A stretch of DNA of 64,000 bases. It comes from Sulfuricurvum sp. (GTDB taxonomy: Bacteria > Campylobacterota > Campylobacteria > Campylobacterales > Sulfurimonadaceae). The position numbers and the translations under genes are program-made. Under the pieces are notes generated by a model. That model was not told the origin of the DNA and ran no database searches. It was given only the letters and a program-made list of their open reading frames with translations. Shown one piece after another: positions 28,907 through 39,949 of this stretch. The stretch is from the NCBI RefSeq assembly GCF_019163035.1, contig NZ_JAFLKV010000015.1, positions 1,282 through 65,281 of the forward strand. Reading direction: 5' to 3'. Within the stretch, counting starts at the first letter, position 1. Every line of letters starts with the position of its first letter.

Positions 28907-31828
28907 ATGAGTACGGAAGAGATTGGGGCACTATTAAGCGATAAAAGCAAGCTCCTCTCTGAAATCTATTTCGAACTTCAAACTGCGTGTGAGGCGAAGT
29001 ACGGTTCCGATGCCCTCGTTATAATCGAAGTAGGCTCTTTTTTCGAGGTCTACGAAGTCAACAACGAAGAGATGAAGATTGGCAAGGCCAAAGAGGTCGC
29101 CGAATTTCTGAACATCCAACTCACCCGAAAAAATAAAACTATTTTAGAAAACTCGATCCAAAACCCTCTCCTTGCAGGGGTTCCTACCGTCTCCATTGAA
29201 CGCTATCTATCACGTCTCGTTCAGTCCAAAAAATACACCATCGTCCTTGTTCGTCAGCAGGGGGAAGTTCCCCATATCCGCCGCTATATCTCCAATATCA
29301 TCTCTCCAGGGACGAATTTCGACTACATCGCTGAAGCGAGTGAGAACTATATTGCTTCACTGCTCATCGATCAAAATAACGGCGTTTACTCTATCGGCTA
29401 CTCCGCGATCGATGTGGGGACGGGAAAAACGCTTATCAACGAAATCCACGGAACCCGCGAAGATAAAACATACGCGCTGGATGAAGTGTTTACACTGTTG
29501 CAGAGCTATCAAACCTCCGAGGTGGTGGTGACATTTTGTGCAGGAGATATTGACCGAGACGAAGTGAGCCGCTATCTGGAGATCAAAAACCATCATTGTA
29601 CTTCGATGAATGAGAAACGTCTGCGGATCGATTACCAAAATGAACTGTTTGAGCGGATTTATCAAATACGTTCCCTCCTCAGTCCTATCGAGTATCTCGA
29701 TTTGGAGCGGTTCCCTTATGCCTCCGAATCGCTTTGTATCCTCATAAACGTTATTATCGATCACGATGCGGGGATTATCGAGAAGATGAATCGTCCGACG
29801 TTTTTGGGAACCAATCGCTATATGTATCTGGGGAACAATGCGGCGGAGCAGTTGGGGATTATCTCACGCGATTCGGATGAGATGACACTCCTCAAACTCA
29901 TCGATAAAACCTCTACGGCAATGGGGAAACGGCTGTTGCGCGAACGGCTTTTGAATCCTATCTGTGATGCAAAGCTCCTCGAAGAGCGATACGATCTGAT
30001 CGATAAGATGGGGGAACATATCGCGCCATTTGAGACTAAGCTCAAAGAGGTGTACGACTTGGAGCGGATTTTACGCCGCTTAAAACTCGGTAAATTGCAC
30101 CCGTTCGAACTTGCGTACTTTTATGCGTCGCTGAGTGCGGCGGAATCGTTGTTTGAGGATGCCGACCGTCTCAAAATCGCGTATGATAAATCGAGTGCGC
30201 AGGAGTGCGCCCATTGTGCCTCGGAGCTTCGTCGTATCTTTAATATCGAATCATGTGCCAAATTCCGACGCGATCAAGTGGATGAGAACCTCTTTAATGA
30301 GGGGATTGACCCCTCCATCGATGCCCTCGAAGTGCTCCAAAGTAACAACGTCTTAAAATTAAATGGTATTATCGAGCATATTGATACCTTTTTCGAGTCG
30401 GGCGGTTCGTACGCACAGGTTGGATGGTTGGAGAGTGAGGGGTATCATCTCCTCATGACCCGTAACCGTTATGTGAGTGTCGAAGAAGCACTCCATAACA
30501 GCTTTTTTACGTTAGACAATCAGCACTACTTTTTCCGCGATTTCCAGATCCGTAAACTCAAAACAACCGTCAAACTCTCTTCAACACTTCTCGATGAGCT
30601 CTCCATCGAAAATGCAGGGGCGAAATCGCGGATGGTCGCACAGGTGAAAGAGCGATACCGTGAACAGCTCGAAGCAATCGAGAAACGATTTTCTCACGCG
30701 ATAGAGCATCTAATCTCGTTTCTTGCTGTCGTCGATGTGAGTTTGAGCGGTGCGAAGTGTGCCAAGCAGTACCGTTATGTCCGTCCGAGTATCGTCTCCT
30801 CTCCCAAAGCGTTCATCGAAACAGTGGGACTTCGCCATCCTCTCATCGAATCGCGCGAAGAGAACGGTATTTTTATCCCGAACGATCTCTTTTTAGGCTC
30901 GCTCGATCAGCACACCTATGAAGAACATTCGACGATTGAAAACGGCGAGGATGTCAAAGGGGTGCTTCTGTACGGCATTAACTCTAGCGGTAAGTCTTCG
31001 TTGATGAAGAGTATCGGACTCTCGGTTGTGATGGCGCAGGGGGGATTTTTTGTTCCGTGTGCACTGATGCGATTTGCCCCCGTCGATAAACTCCTCACGC
31101 GCATCGTCTCCAAAGACAATCTCTACAAAGGACTTTCGACGTTTGCGGTGGAGATGTTAGAACTTCGTAATATCTTCAATCGTGCAACCGAAAATACTCT
31201 CATTTTAGGCGATGAGATCAGTCACGGCACCGAAACCGAATCGGCTCTCGCTATCGTCGCGAGCGCGATTCTCAAGCTTCGGGAGATCGGGAGTATGTTT
31301 ATCTTCGCTACCCATCTGCATCAGCTCTCATCATTGGCGGAAATCCAAAAAGCGAAAGAGATCGTATTGCTCCATCTGGGGGTCTATTATGACGAGGCAA
31401 GCGATAAACTGGTGTATGATCGAAAACTAAAAAGCGGAAGCGGATCGACACTGTACGGGTTGGAGTTTGCCAAATCACTCCACATGGATGAGACCTTTTT
31501 GAAAAAGGCGTATGAGATACGGGGGCGGATTACTGACAAAACTCACGAAGCCTCGATGTTGAAGCGGGAGAAAAAGAGTCGTTATAACAACAAACTCTTT
31601 TTGACCAAATGCGCGTTGTGCGATGAAGCGGTTGATGAAGTGCACCATATCGTCCCACAAGCGAACGCCGATGATGGCGGTTCTATAGGTCACTATGGGA
31701 TGAATCACCGCTACAACCTCATTCCTCTGTGCGCCAAGCATCACCGCCTCGTCCATGAGGGGAAAATTGCTATTCATGGATTTGTGATGAGTGAAGACGG
31801 GCTGAGGCTCAGTTATTCAGAAGCCTAA
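28907..31828 (+). CDS. mutS: MutS7-type protein: MutS with C-terminal HNH endonuclease
   Basis: VGSFFEVY mismatch-binding motif, GINSSGKS Walker [20 protein letters not shown]-terminal CALC..VHHI...[13 protein letters not shown]. The ATG at 28907 follows GGAG/AGG. Confidence 0.9.
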   Translation: MSTEEIGALLSDKSKLLSEIYFELQTACEAKYGSDALVIIEVGSFFEVYEVNNEEMKIGKAKEVAEFLNIQLTRKNKTILENSIQNPLLAGVPTVSIERYLSRLVQSKKYTIVLVRQQGEVPHIRRYISNIISPGTNFDYIAEASENYIASLLIDQNNGVYSIGYSAIDVGTGKTLINEIHGTREDKTYALDEVFTLLQSYQTSEVVVTFCAGDIDRDEVSRYLEIKNHHCTSMNEKRLRIDYQNELFERIYQIRSLLSPIEYLDLERFPYASESLCILINVIIDHDAGIIEKMNRPTFLGTNRYMYLGNNAAEQLGIISRDSDEMTLLKLIDKTSTAMGKRLLRERLLNPICDAKLLEERYDLIDKMGEHIAPFETKLKEVYDLERILRRLKLGKLHPFELAYFYASLSAAESLFEDADRLKIAYDKSSAQECAHCASELRRIFNIESCAKFRRDQVDENLFNEGIDPSIDALEVLQSNNVLKLNGIIEHIDTFFESGGSYAQVGWLESEGYHLLMTRNRYVSVEEALHNSFFTLDNQHYFFRDFQIRKLKTTVKLSSTLLDELSIENAGAKSRMVAQVKERYREQLEAIEKRFSHAIEHLISFLAVVDVSLSGAKCAKQYRYVRPSIVSSPKAFIETVGLRHPLIESREENGIFIPNDLFLGSLDQHTYEEHSTIENGEDVKGVLLYGINSSGKSSLMKSIGLSVVMAQGGFFVPCALMRFAPVDKLLTRIVSKDNLYKGLSTFAVEMLELRNIFNRATENTLILGDEISHGTETESALAIVASAILKLREIGSMFIFATHLHQLSSLAEIQKAKEIVLLHLGVYYDEASDKLVYDRKLKSGSGSTLYGLEFAKSLHMDETFLKKAYEIRGRITDKTHEASMLKREKKSRYNNKLFLTKCALCDEAVDEVHHIVPQANADDGGSIGHYGMNHRYNLIPLCAKHHRLVHEGKIAIHGFVMSEDGLRLSYSEA

Positions 31829-31848
31829 GCCAGAGAGAGGGGACAGTC

Positions 31849-33879
31849 ATGAAAATTTTAATCGTTGATGACAGTTTGACCGTTCGCAAAATTGTTACCC
31901 GTTATCTGCTAAAACATGGCTATGATCAAATCGACGAAGCGGTTGATGGCAAAGAAGCTCTTGTCTTGCTGCAACAGTATGAGTACGGGTGTATTTTTTT
32001 AGATATCAATATGCCGGTAATGGACGGTTTTGCGGTTTTAGAATGGCTGAGGGCTGTACCGTGGCGTAATAGTGTTCATGTTGTTGTAATGTCGACGGAA
32101 GTAACGCTGTATTCCCCTAAAAAAATTCGAGATATGGGGATTGATACGGCTATCACAAAGCCGTTTACTGGAAATGAATTTGAAAAAATTGCCGTCTCCT
32201 TATTGAATGTGATTGCTTCCAAAGAGAACTCGGTAACGTTGGTGTATGACGGTCCGATACTGATCATCGATGACAGTATGGCAATGCGTAATATCATCCG
32301 AAAGCAGCTTTCAAATCTTAATTGCTTGAATGTCACCGAAGCGATGGATGGAAAAGATGGATTAGAAAAAATCAGTGAATGGGCGATGCTGTATGAGGAA
32401 GAGGAGAAGATGGGAATTGTTTTCCTCGATCTCATTATGCCTAATATGGATGGGCTTGAACTGATCGAAATGTTGGAAGAAAAAGGGCTTCTATCAAGAT
32501 TACAGATTGTACTCCTTTCGGGAAATATCGAGATGGCATTGGATATGCTCGATGGGGTATCTATTAAAGCAGCTTTGCCAAAACCTTTTGAACATACGGC
32601 ATTTGTTAGTGCTTTAAAGCCGTTGATTGAAGATACAAAAGAGATACTAACGCAGGGGAATTTTACCGATATCCAGCTTTTTTTTGATACAGAGCAACCA
32701 AAAGCAATTCCGTTTTCATTGATGTCGATTCACCCAGAAAATATCGATGAGCTGGATGAGTATCTTCTCTCTCTATTTGAATCGATTGCCTTGGGTACAT
32801 CCTTTCCTAAAGAGCGTTTTCGAGAAATCAGTGGAGAAAAATTTGGATCATGGATATCGTCAGTTTATCGTCCGCTCTTCTCGATAGATCCTAAAATCAG
32901 TACTTATTCAGAATTGGAATCTCTATATGGCCGAATTGAAGAATCGGCTCATCATGAAACTGTTATCGGTAGTATTGGGAATAAAGAGATTGAAGAGTAT
33001 TGTAAAACAGTGCTTATTCCGATGGACAAAGATTATATCGATTTAACAACCAAAATCGGTCGCTATAAATTGGCGGTGAAGACACTGATCGAACGGAAAA
33101 ACAAATTAGTACAGCACTATAAAAACTCACACTCTAGTGAAATTAAAGAAGCGTATGAAAAACAAGAACATGATCTCCTGAATTACCGAAAAGGATTGGA
33201 AAATCATGAAAAGCTCCGTGAAGAATTGGTTGATTCTCTTGAGAGTGAATATAAGCCTAAGTTGGAGACAATACTGAATTCTCAGCGCAATCGTATGGCA
33301 TTGCTCTCAAATCAGATGCGAGCTGCTTTTGATCGTGCATTATGGCGCGGAATGTCTAGTTCGGTTCGCTTTCGAACGTATTGCAATACGCATAGCAGAC
33401 ACGTTGCTTTATCTACACAAAGCTGGCTTGAAAATGAGGGTAAGAAAGAATTTTTCGAGCAAAGAGGGTATTTTGAAAATAATTTTTGCACTTCTATTTT
33501 GATCGTCGGCTTTAAAGATGGTGAGAGTGGACGGCTTCGGGAAGAGTTGAAAAAAATGTTTCCCCTTTATAATGTGCAAGCTTTTTCTACCTGGACGATT
33601 AAAAGTTATTCACTCCCGTATGAACCGAGTCTTTTCATTATCAATCGTGAATCCAAAGAGCTAAATCTCGAAGAGTATGTGAAAGAGGTTGCAGAGTATT
33701 ATGAGACGCTCCCGAATGCGCTCAATACGCTTATTATTTATGAAGGCTCTATCAAAAGTGAAGATCTTTTGGGTAATAACAGTTTGTATAATCTCAAACT
33801 CAAAAATTATATGAAAATTCCCAAAAATAGCAATGAATTTGGATTGATGGAGATAAAAATCAAATCGCTTATTTTTTAG
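31849..33879 (+). CDS. Multi-receiver protein: REC-REC-coiled coil-putative pseudo-REC
   Basis: Two CheY-like domains (ILIVDD..FLDINMP..KP; ILIIDD..FLDLIMP..KP), a charged helical middle, and a C-terminal receiver-like fold lacking the acidic residues. Confidence 0.8.
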   Translation: MKILIVDDSLTVRKIVTRYLLKHGYDQIDEAVDGKEALVLLQQYEYGCIFLDINMPVMDGFAVLEWLRAVPWRNSVHVVVMSTEVTLYSPKKIRDMGIDTAITKPFTGNEFEKIAVSLLNVIASKENSVTLVYDGPILIIDDSMAMRNIIRKQLSNLNCLNVTEAMDGKDGLEKISEWAMLYEEEEKMGIVFLDLIMPNMDGLELIEMLEEKGLLSRLQIVLLSGNIEMALDMLDGVSIKAALPKPFEHTAFVSALKPLIEDTKEILTQGNFTDIQLFFDTEQPKAIPFSLMSIHPENIDELDEYLLSLFESIALGTSFPKERFREISGEKFGSWISSVYRPLFSIDPKISTYSELESLYGRIEESAHHETVIGSIGNKEIEEYCKTVLIPMDKDYIDLTTKIGRYKLAVKTLIERKNKLVQHYKNSHSSEIKEAYEKQEHDLLNYRKGLENHEKLREELVDSLESEYKPKLETILNSQRNRMALLSNQMRAAFDRALWRGMSSSVRFRTYCNTHSRHVALSTQSWLENEGKKEFFEQRGYFENNFCTSILIVGFKDGESGRLREELKKMFPLYNVQAFSTWTIKSYSLPYEPSLFIINRESKELNLEEYVKEVAEYYETLPNALNTLIIYEGSIKSEDLLGNNSLYNLKLKNYMKIPKNSNEFGLMEIKIKSLIF

Positions 33880-33891
33880 CGTAAGCAGTGC

Positions 33892-36471
33892 TTACGCCAT
33901 TACTTTATGCATTGGACGAGCATAAGGTTGGATGAGCTGTCCATAAATTTTCGGTATATCGAGGATGGAGATCATTTCGTTTCCAAAATCTTCGGCATTA
34001 TCAGGAATGATAACCGCTTTCGTGAGTGAATTCTCATTTTTCAAAACATTACTGTATTGACTTATCGATCGGATCGGAATTTCAGGGCTGCTGTAAATAG
34101 CATCGACGGCAATTCCCAGATAGATGACCTGTTTTTCAATCACCGCTTTGACAAGGATGATTGTATCGATCTCTTTATCGTATTTTTTCTCCATACCGAG
34201 TAATTTGGCCAATGAAATGACACTAACCATCCGTTTGTCATAGCTAATGACCCCAAGATTATATTCGCTAGCGTGTAGGATTGAAGTAAGCTCTTGATGG
34301 GCGAGAGAACAGACGACATTTTTGGATTCGACCGCAAAAAGTGATCCCCCGACAAAGAAGGTGGAAATTTCGGATGTCTCTTCGGTTCCGTTTGCCTTTG
34401 GATAGGTATAAACCCGTTGGGTAGGTATTTCATTTTCAAGTTCTTGAACATCACCGATAGGGCGGTAAAGGAGGGCGATGATGTCATTATCGTATCCGTC
34501 ACTTTGTTTGTATTCTCGGTAACCGTTAGAGCAGGTTGCGCCAAGTGCATAATAGACTCCGTTGTAGGGGAGAATTTGCGCATCGCTTTGTCCTGGTGAG
34601 AGTTCCAAGAGCGATTCTGGAAGATTGAGTATATCTCCTATGGCAATTGTGGAGGTTGTAGAAGAGACAACACGGCCGCTTCGATCGACAAAGAGGGCAA
34701 ACATCCCCTCAGGGATTGAATGGTTTTCGTCTTTTGGAAGGGTATCGTGCAACATTGCTTCAAATTGAGATTCTGCATCAAAAACGATTCCGATTCCCCC
34801 AACATTTTCTTCATTGAAATTACGGATACAGGCGTTATAGATATAGGTTGATCGGTTTCCATAGAAAGGAGTTGGTTCGAACGTCGATACAACATATTCT
34901 TGTGTGGTGCTCAGTTCTAACGTTTCAAGTGCCCATGAATAGCCTATCTTTTTCCCGATCAAAGAGGTGCTATCTGCATTGGATACCGAGACAATCGTGC
35001 CATTACGATCATAAATGAACATGGTGCTGTAAACGGTATAAAGACCGTTAATGTAGTTCAAAATTGAGTTCATTTTCTCCTGATTCTCTTCGCTCACACT
35101 CTCTTGTGAAAGCGATTCTCGAAAGGTTGTTGTGAGTGCCCACCATCGGCAATCGTTTGCCCGCTCGTACAGATTTCGATCCATAATATCGATAGCAAGG
35201 GAAGATTGGAATTTTAAATCTTCAAGATACTGAATCAGCATTGCCGAATTGAGATTTGCAACCGTGTCATCAAATACCCGTTTTGTCTCTTCTCCTGTTT
35301 TCGATATCTCGGAGAGTAGTGCTTTCGTAAAAGGGCTTTCATGCCCTACACTATTGGCGATTTGGACATTACCGTTCCAAACCGTAATATCGAGTTCGCT
35401 TTGGATCTTTTTGGCTTTTTCCAATATATCTTTGAGCTCTTGAGGATAATAGGCTTTGGCGTTTGCAACGGAGTCGAATAAACCATTTTTTAGTAATGAG
35501 CTGCGTGATGAGGAACGAAATGCCAGATGCAGAGGTACCATTGCATGGCCGATCCATCCTGAACCTTTATACCCTTGGTATCCCGTTGTTTTTACCGCCT
35601 GATAAAGATATTCGAACCCGGCGTAATAGGTTTGATGATTCTCATTGTTGCGAGGGTTAAGATATGAGCCTATCGGAACATGATGAGCCGATGAAGAGGC
35701 GATAACGCCTCCATCAGAACCCAGCATTTCGAGTGCGATATAAGGATTTTCACGGGTAAGTTTTCGAAAGATACTTTGAAGCTCATTTTCGAATCGGAAT
35801 ATGAGGCACAATACCCCCAAAGGCTCATCACTATCAGGATTGGATACACGGTAGGAGTAGATAAGTGAGGGTTTTTGATGGTTAAGATCACTCGGACGGA
35901 ACGTTTCTACATACCCTTCATGTGTTCGAATCGATTCATTGATCAATGGATCCTTGGAGATACTAATAGGATTGGTCGTGTCAAGCTGAACGAGTACTTT
36001 CCCTTTCGTATCGAGCAAAATAATGTTTTCATAGACACTGTATTTTGCGACGTATTCGGCAAATCGAGCACTCAGAGCCTCTTTTTTCTTCATTTTGATT
36101 TGGCGCATCTCCTCTGAAACTGACATATCGGTTGTGTGCAAATAGAGGAGATAGTCGCGGATATCATCATCAGTTGCGAGAAATCCAATATCAGCCGTTC
36201 GTTCAAAAAGGTTTCGGATCAGGATATCTATTGCGGTTTGTGCTTTTGACTCAAGCTCATTGAGACTTTTGTTAAATGTCTCTTCAATAAGACGCAAGAG
36301 GGGCTCATCGAGCAAATCTTCGAAAGCTTTTCGGGTCTCACTGGTATCCATCCCAATATTGGACATCGAACCAAGAAGGGTCAATAAGTCCCATTTACCG
36401 GATAAAGTACTCATATTTTTTTCGAAATTTTGGACGTCGCTCATATAGCTGATTAAATGATTACGTTGCAT
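33892..36471 (-). CDS. Soluble double-Cache-like sensor fused to a C-terminal CheW domain
   Basis: Internal duplication (AIDILIRNLFERTAD / AIDIMDRNLYERAND; YSVYENIILLD / YTVYSTMFIYD). C-terminal CheW-like region (TFFVGGSLFAV, LGVISYDKRMVSVISL, LGIAVD, ILDI). No TM or MCP signalling domain seen. Confidence 0.75.
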   Translation of the reverse strand: MQRNHLISYMSDVQNFEKNMSTLSGKWDLLTLLGSMSNIGMDTSETRKAFEDLLDEPLLRLIEETFNKSLNELESKAQTAIDILIRNLFERTADIGFLATDDDIRDYLLYLHTTDMSVSEEMRQIKMKKKEALSARFAEYVAKYSVYENIILLDTKGKVLVQLDTTNPISISKDPLINESIRTHEGYVETFRPSDLNHQKPSLIYSYRVSNPDSDEPLGVLCLIFRFENELQSIFRKLTRENPYIALEMLGSDGGVIASSSAHHVPIGSYLNPRNNENHQTYYAGFEYLYQAVKTTGYQGYKGSGWIGHAMVPLHLAFRSSSRSSLLKNGLFDSVANAKAYYPQELKDILEKAKKIQSELDITVWNGNVQIANSVGHESPFTKALLSEISKTGEETKRVFDDTVANLNSAMLIQYLEDLKFQSSLAIDIMDRNLYERANDCRWWALTTTFRESLSQESVSEENQEKMNSILNYINGLYTVYSTMFIYDRNGTIVSVSNADSTSLIGKKIGYSWALETLELSTTQEYVVSTFEPTPFYGNRSTYIYNACIRNFNEENVGGIGIVFDAESQFEAMLHDTLPKDENHSIPEGMFALFVDRSGRVVSSTTSTIAIGDILNLPESLLELSPGQSDAQILPYNGVYYALGATCSNGYREYKQSDGYDNDIIALLYRPIGDVQELENEIPTQRVYTYPKANGTEETSEISTFFVGGSLFAVESKNVVCSLAHQELTSILHASEYNLGVISYDKRMVSVISLAKLLGMEKKYDKEIDTIILVKAVIEKQVIYLGIAVDAIYSSPEIPIRSISQYSNVLKNENSLTKAVIIPDNAEDFGNEMISILDIPKIYGQLIQPYARPMHKVMA

Positions 36472-36635
36472 AAGTGTTCCTACAAAGAGAGATATTTGTT
36501 CAATAACGTTGACAGTATAAAGAGGTAAGGAGAAAAAGAAGGAGAATTGTTGATTAAAAAATAAACAATAATAAGTTTATTACCAAAGGGTTACAATATT
36601 AGTGATTATAAAATAGACTTGCCCTAAGCTAACGG

Positions 36636-38072
36636 TTAGGAAGAGCAGCTTAGTTTTAGGTTTTTGTATTGAGCTGGTGTCGGTAAGCTATAACGCTCAA
36701 AGGGAGAATGTTCATCATAAGGGTTTTGCGCTATGTGTAGGAGATCATTCACAAGGACGAAATCACCGTTTTGTGCATTCTCAATCGCTTCTTGAAGAAT
36801 GTAATTTTTTAACACGTATTTTGGATTAGTACGGAGCATATTTTTGTGGCGAGTTTCAACGGATGAGGTATTTGAGACTAATCGTATATCGTATCGATCA
36901 AGCCATTCATTGAGCTGGTTAGGCGCGAGAGTAAGAGGAAGTAGCGTCTCCCGATTTCCATTATAGCGGCTTAGATGACGAAAAAACGGGGTCATATCGA
37001 TTTGTCCGTTTTCCATGATGGTAAATAAGGCTCGTAGCAAATCATTGTCGTTTTCATGTAGGGTATCTAGACCAAGTTTGGTACCTAAAAGCTCCATAAG
37101 TCGAGTCGTGAAATAATTACCGTATTTTTCGAGTTCTAACTGGAGTTTTACTGTGGTAATGAGCGGTGATAGGGCATGAGCGAGACGTTCTAGGTTCCAA
37201 TATCCGATTCGGGGTTGATTGTCATAGCTATACCTCCCTTGCGTATCAGAATGGTTGCAGATATAGTTGCTCTCGAAAGTATCCATAAAGGCAAAAGGGC
37301 CATAATCGATGGTGATACCAATTGCTGACATATTATCGGTATTCATGACACCGTGGTTAAATCCGACCGATTGCCACTGTGCTGTTAATTCTGCGGTTCG
37401 TTTGACAATCTCGCCATACATTTTGAGGTAAGGTTCTTCAACTCCGAGGAGGTGTGGAAAGGACTCACGGAGTAAAAAATCGGCTAGCGTTTCGAGCTCC
37501 TTATGACGATTGGTATGAAAAAAATACTCAAAACTTCCAAACCGAATCCATGAGGGGGATAATCGTAAAACAATGGCACCACGTTCCCAAGCCTCTCGTG
37601 CTACTTTTTCATCAGAACCGATGATTGCTAGTGCACGACTGGTCGGGATTCCCAGACCATACATTGCTTCACTCATCAAGTATTCGCGAATGGAGGAGCG
37701 TAATACGGCTCTACCGTCACCCTGGCGGGAATAACGGGTTTCACCTGACCCTTTGAGCTGAAGGTTCCACCCATTTACAGAGCCTAGATTGATAGCACGA
37801 CCATCTCCAAGCCGTTGTACGTAATGCCCAAACTGATGACCGGCATAGCACATGGCGTATGGTCGTGAACCCTTTATCAGCATTGTTCCATTAAGAAGTT
37901 TTATGAGTTCTTCATTATCGATAGCAGAGAGGTCAATGCCTAAGAGTTCGGTGGCTTGGAGGTTAAAACTCACAAGATATGGCTTGTGCAAAGGGGTCGG
38001 ATGAACTTCATGATAGAAGATGGGGTCAAGATCCAAATAAGGGGCTACAAGGGTTAAGTCGGTTAATTTCAT
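36636..38072 (-). CDS. selO: Protein adenylyltransferase SelO/YdiU
   Basis: YAGHQFG, LGDGRA, QLKGSG, DGRAVLRSSIREY, HGVMNTDN, IDYGP, NPKY, C-terminal CSS. Confidence 0.95.
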   Translation of the reverse strand: MKLTDLTLVAPYLDLDPIFYHEVHPTPLHKPYLVSFNLQATELLGIDLSAIDNEELIKLLNGTMLIKGSRPYAMCYAGHQFGHYVQRLGDGRAINLGSVNGWNLQLKGSGETRYSRQGDGRAVLRSSIREYLMSEAMYGLGIPTSRALAIIGSDEKVAREAWERGAIVLRLSPSWIRFGSFEYFFHTNRHKELETLADFLLRESFPHLLGVEEPYLKMYGEIVKRTAELTAQWQSVGFNHGVMNTDNMSAIGITIDYGPFAFMDTFESNYICNHSDTQGRYSYDNQPRIGYWNLERLAHALSPLITTVKLQLELEKYGNYFTTRLMELLGTKLGLDTLHENDNDLLRALFTIMENGQIDMTPFFRHLSRYNGNRETLLPLTLAPNQLNEWLDRYDIRLVSNTSSVETRHKNMLRTNPKYVLKNYILQEAIENAQNGDFVLVNDLLHIAQNPYDEHSPFERYSLPTPAQYKNLKLSCSS

Positions 38073-38133
38073 AAGAGAGTTTTACCGCAAAAAGCTAAAG
38101 CTCTCGGCGGCGTCTAAAAGGAGTTTTATTTTT

Positions 38134-39945
38134 TTAGTATTCCAGTAGGAATTTTTTTTCGTCTTCCTCTTTTCGTAACCGTATATGGGTTACTTTTCCC
38201 TCAGGAGAGATACCGTATTCGCGGTGGTTTCTCGGATCGATAAAAAGGATACGATTGTGTCCGTTATGGATTCCATAGTGGGTTACCACAGCATGTAAAT
38301 CAGCTTCATATAAGTTTTCCAGTGACTCTTGCAAGGTTTCAAGTGAAGCTTCCGACACACTAAGGTCATCAGAAGCTTCTTTGAAGGCTTCTCTCTCAAG
38401 CTTGTATTGTTGGAGTCGAACCATATCTGCTTTCATTGGTGTTTCACCATTTTTTTGTTTGAGAAGAACACGAACATGAATATCTTTGATTCGGCTATTT
38501 TTATCTTCTAAGGCAGCTTTACTCATGGCAAGCTTTTTTTTCTGTACTTGCAAGTGGCTATTTTTTGTTTTAATTTCTGCTTCTAGGTCAATAATTTTTT
38601 TGTGATAGCTCTCAATCGCATGGGGATCAATAATGATTTTATTCCCATTTCCTTCAATATTTTGGATGGTAATCGATTCTAACGCCGTGATACGAGCATT
38701 TGAATAGAGAGTATCAATATGTATTTTGCGCGCGATAATCTCACCACCGACCATTTTATTAATATGAATGACATCGGCTTCTACTTTTCCAGACTCTAAA
38801 ATATTGATATGGGCATCCTTGGCTTTAAGATTCCCTCTATGGAGATGAACATTGGCTGTCTGCGATACATTGATTTGTGATTTTCGATGAGTTTGGGCTC
38901 CGATATTGACATCACACGCTTGGATTTTAGCATTTCCTCCGACCGTACCACTGACATCGAGTTTTTGAACATCGATGTTGACTCCCATCCCGATCGCATC
39001 TTCGCTCGAGACTTTTTTGTTTATTTTGAGTAATACATCTTTATCCATACCGGTTTCAATAGAGCCGGTTTTTTTGAAACTGGCGCTTTCGATTTGAAGC
39101 TCTTGAGAGATATAAAACATCCCTTTTTTATGTTCTACATAGCCAGAAATTTTGGCATAAAAGCGGATACTCTCTTCATCTTGTTCAGTTGTTATCGTTT
39201 CAGGATCGATAAGGAGGTAAGAGGCAAATTTAACAGTGGGTTCAGGAACCGCAATATGATTTCCGCTACACGCTCGTCCGTCACGTCCCGGTTTAGGGAG
39301 AATATATTCAAGGATGAAATCACCGGGGTTTACCCCCTCAATCAGACTATTGGATCCACTTTTATTTTTATAGTGGAGAATGATTTTATCATTGATCGGA
39401 AAAGTCGGTAGGAAAAATTCACCGATTGGAAGACGATAGAGAAAGGTAAGGGGTCCCTCTTTTTGGATTTTACCGATGAGACGATTTATCTCTCGATCAA
39501 GATTTTGATCATAAAGCCCGATCATGAGCCCATGTCGTAGTTGTTTGCGAATGATGGCCTCTTTGATCCACTCTTGCACCCCTTTTTTGAGAGGAATTTT
39601 GGATGTGGGTTCGATAACAGCGATTACTTTGCTTTTGGTTTTATCGGTTGCGATTGTAAAATGTAAATCAAGATATGGGTGTGGCTTTAAGGGACGGATA
39701 TAGATTTGATATTCTTGACGAAGTAAAAAATGGGGTGATCGAACTTCAATTTCGGTTGTTTGCGTAAGAAGATCATCCCCTAGCAACAGTTGCCACTCAT
39801 CATCCACTGTCCCTTTAAATGAAGTTTCATAAGAGATGAGATCGAAATCAAGATCATCAACAGATACTCTCTGCCCCAGTGCTATTTTTTTTAATTCTTG
39901 CATAACATCGGTAGTGAGCACTGTAACGGGTATAAAAGTGGACAT
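38134..39945 (-). CDS. Flagellar assembly protein A (FapA/DUF342-like)
   Basis: PKPGRDGR, YAKISGYV, beta-helix-like region (GAQTH, VHLHRG.L.A, IIIDP) and a C-terminal coiled coil. Confidence 0.75.
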   Translation of the reverse strand: MSTFIPVTVLTTDVMQELKKIALGQRVSVDDLDFDLISYETSFKGTVDDEWQLLLGDDLLTQTTEIEVRSPHFLLRQEYQIYIRPLKPHPYLDLHFTIATDKTKSKVIAVIEPTSKIPLKKGVQEWIKEAIIRKQLRHGLMIGLYDQNLDREINRLIGKIQKEGPLTFLYRLPIGEFFLPTFPINDKIILHYKNKSGSNSLIEGVNPGDFILEYILPKPGRDGRACSGNHIAVPEPTVKFASYLLIDPETITTEQDEESIRFYAKISGYVEHKKGMFYISQELQIESASFKKTGSIETGMDKDVLLKINKKVSSEDAIGMGVNIDVQKLDVSGTVGGNAKIQACDVNIGAQTHRKSQINVSQTANVHLHRGNLKAKDAHINILESGKVEADVIHINKMVGGEIIARKIHIDTLYSNARITALESITIQNIEGNGNKIIIDPHAIESYHKKIIDLEAEIKTKNSHLQVQKKKLAMSKAALEDKNSRIKDIHVRVLLKQKNGETPMKADMVRLQQYKLEREAFKEASDDLSVSEASLETLQESLENLYEADLHAVVTHYGIHNGHNRILFIDPRNHREYGISPEGKVTHIRLRKEEDEKKFLLEY

Positions 39946-39949
39946 TTAT

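Noticed and set aside
36636-36650. Selenocysteine at the SelO C-terminus
   Set aside because: The codons read TGC-TCT-TCC-TAA (Cys-Ser-Ser-stop), with no in-frame TGA.
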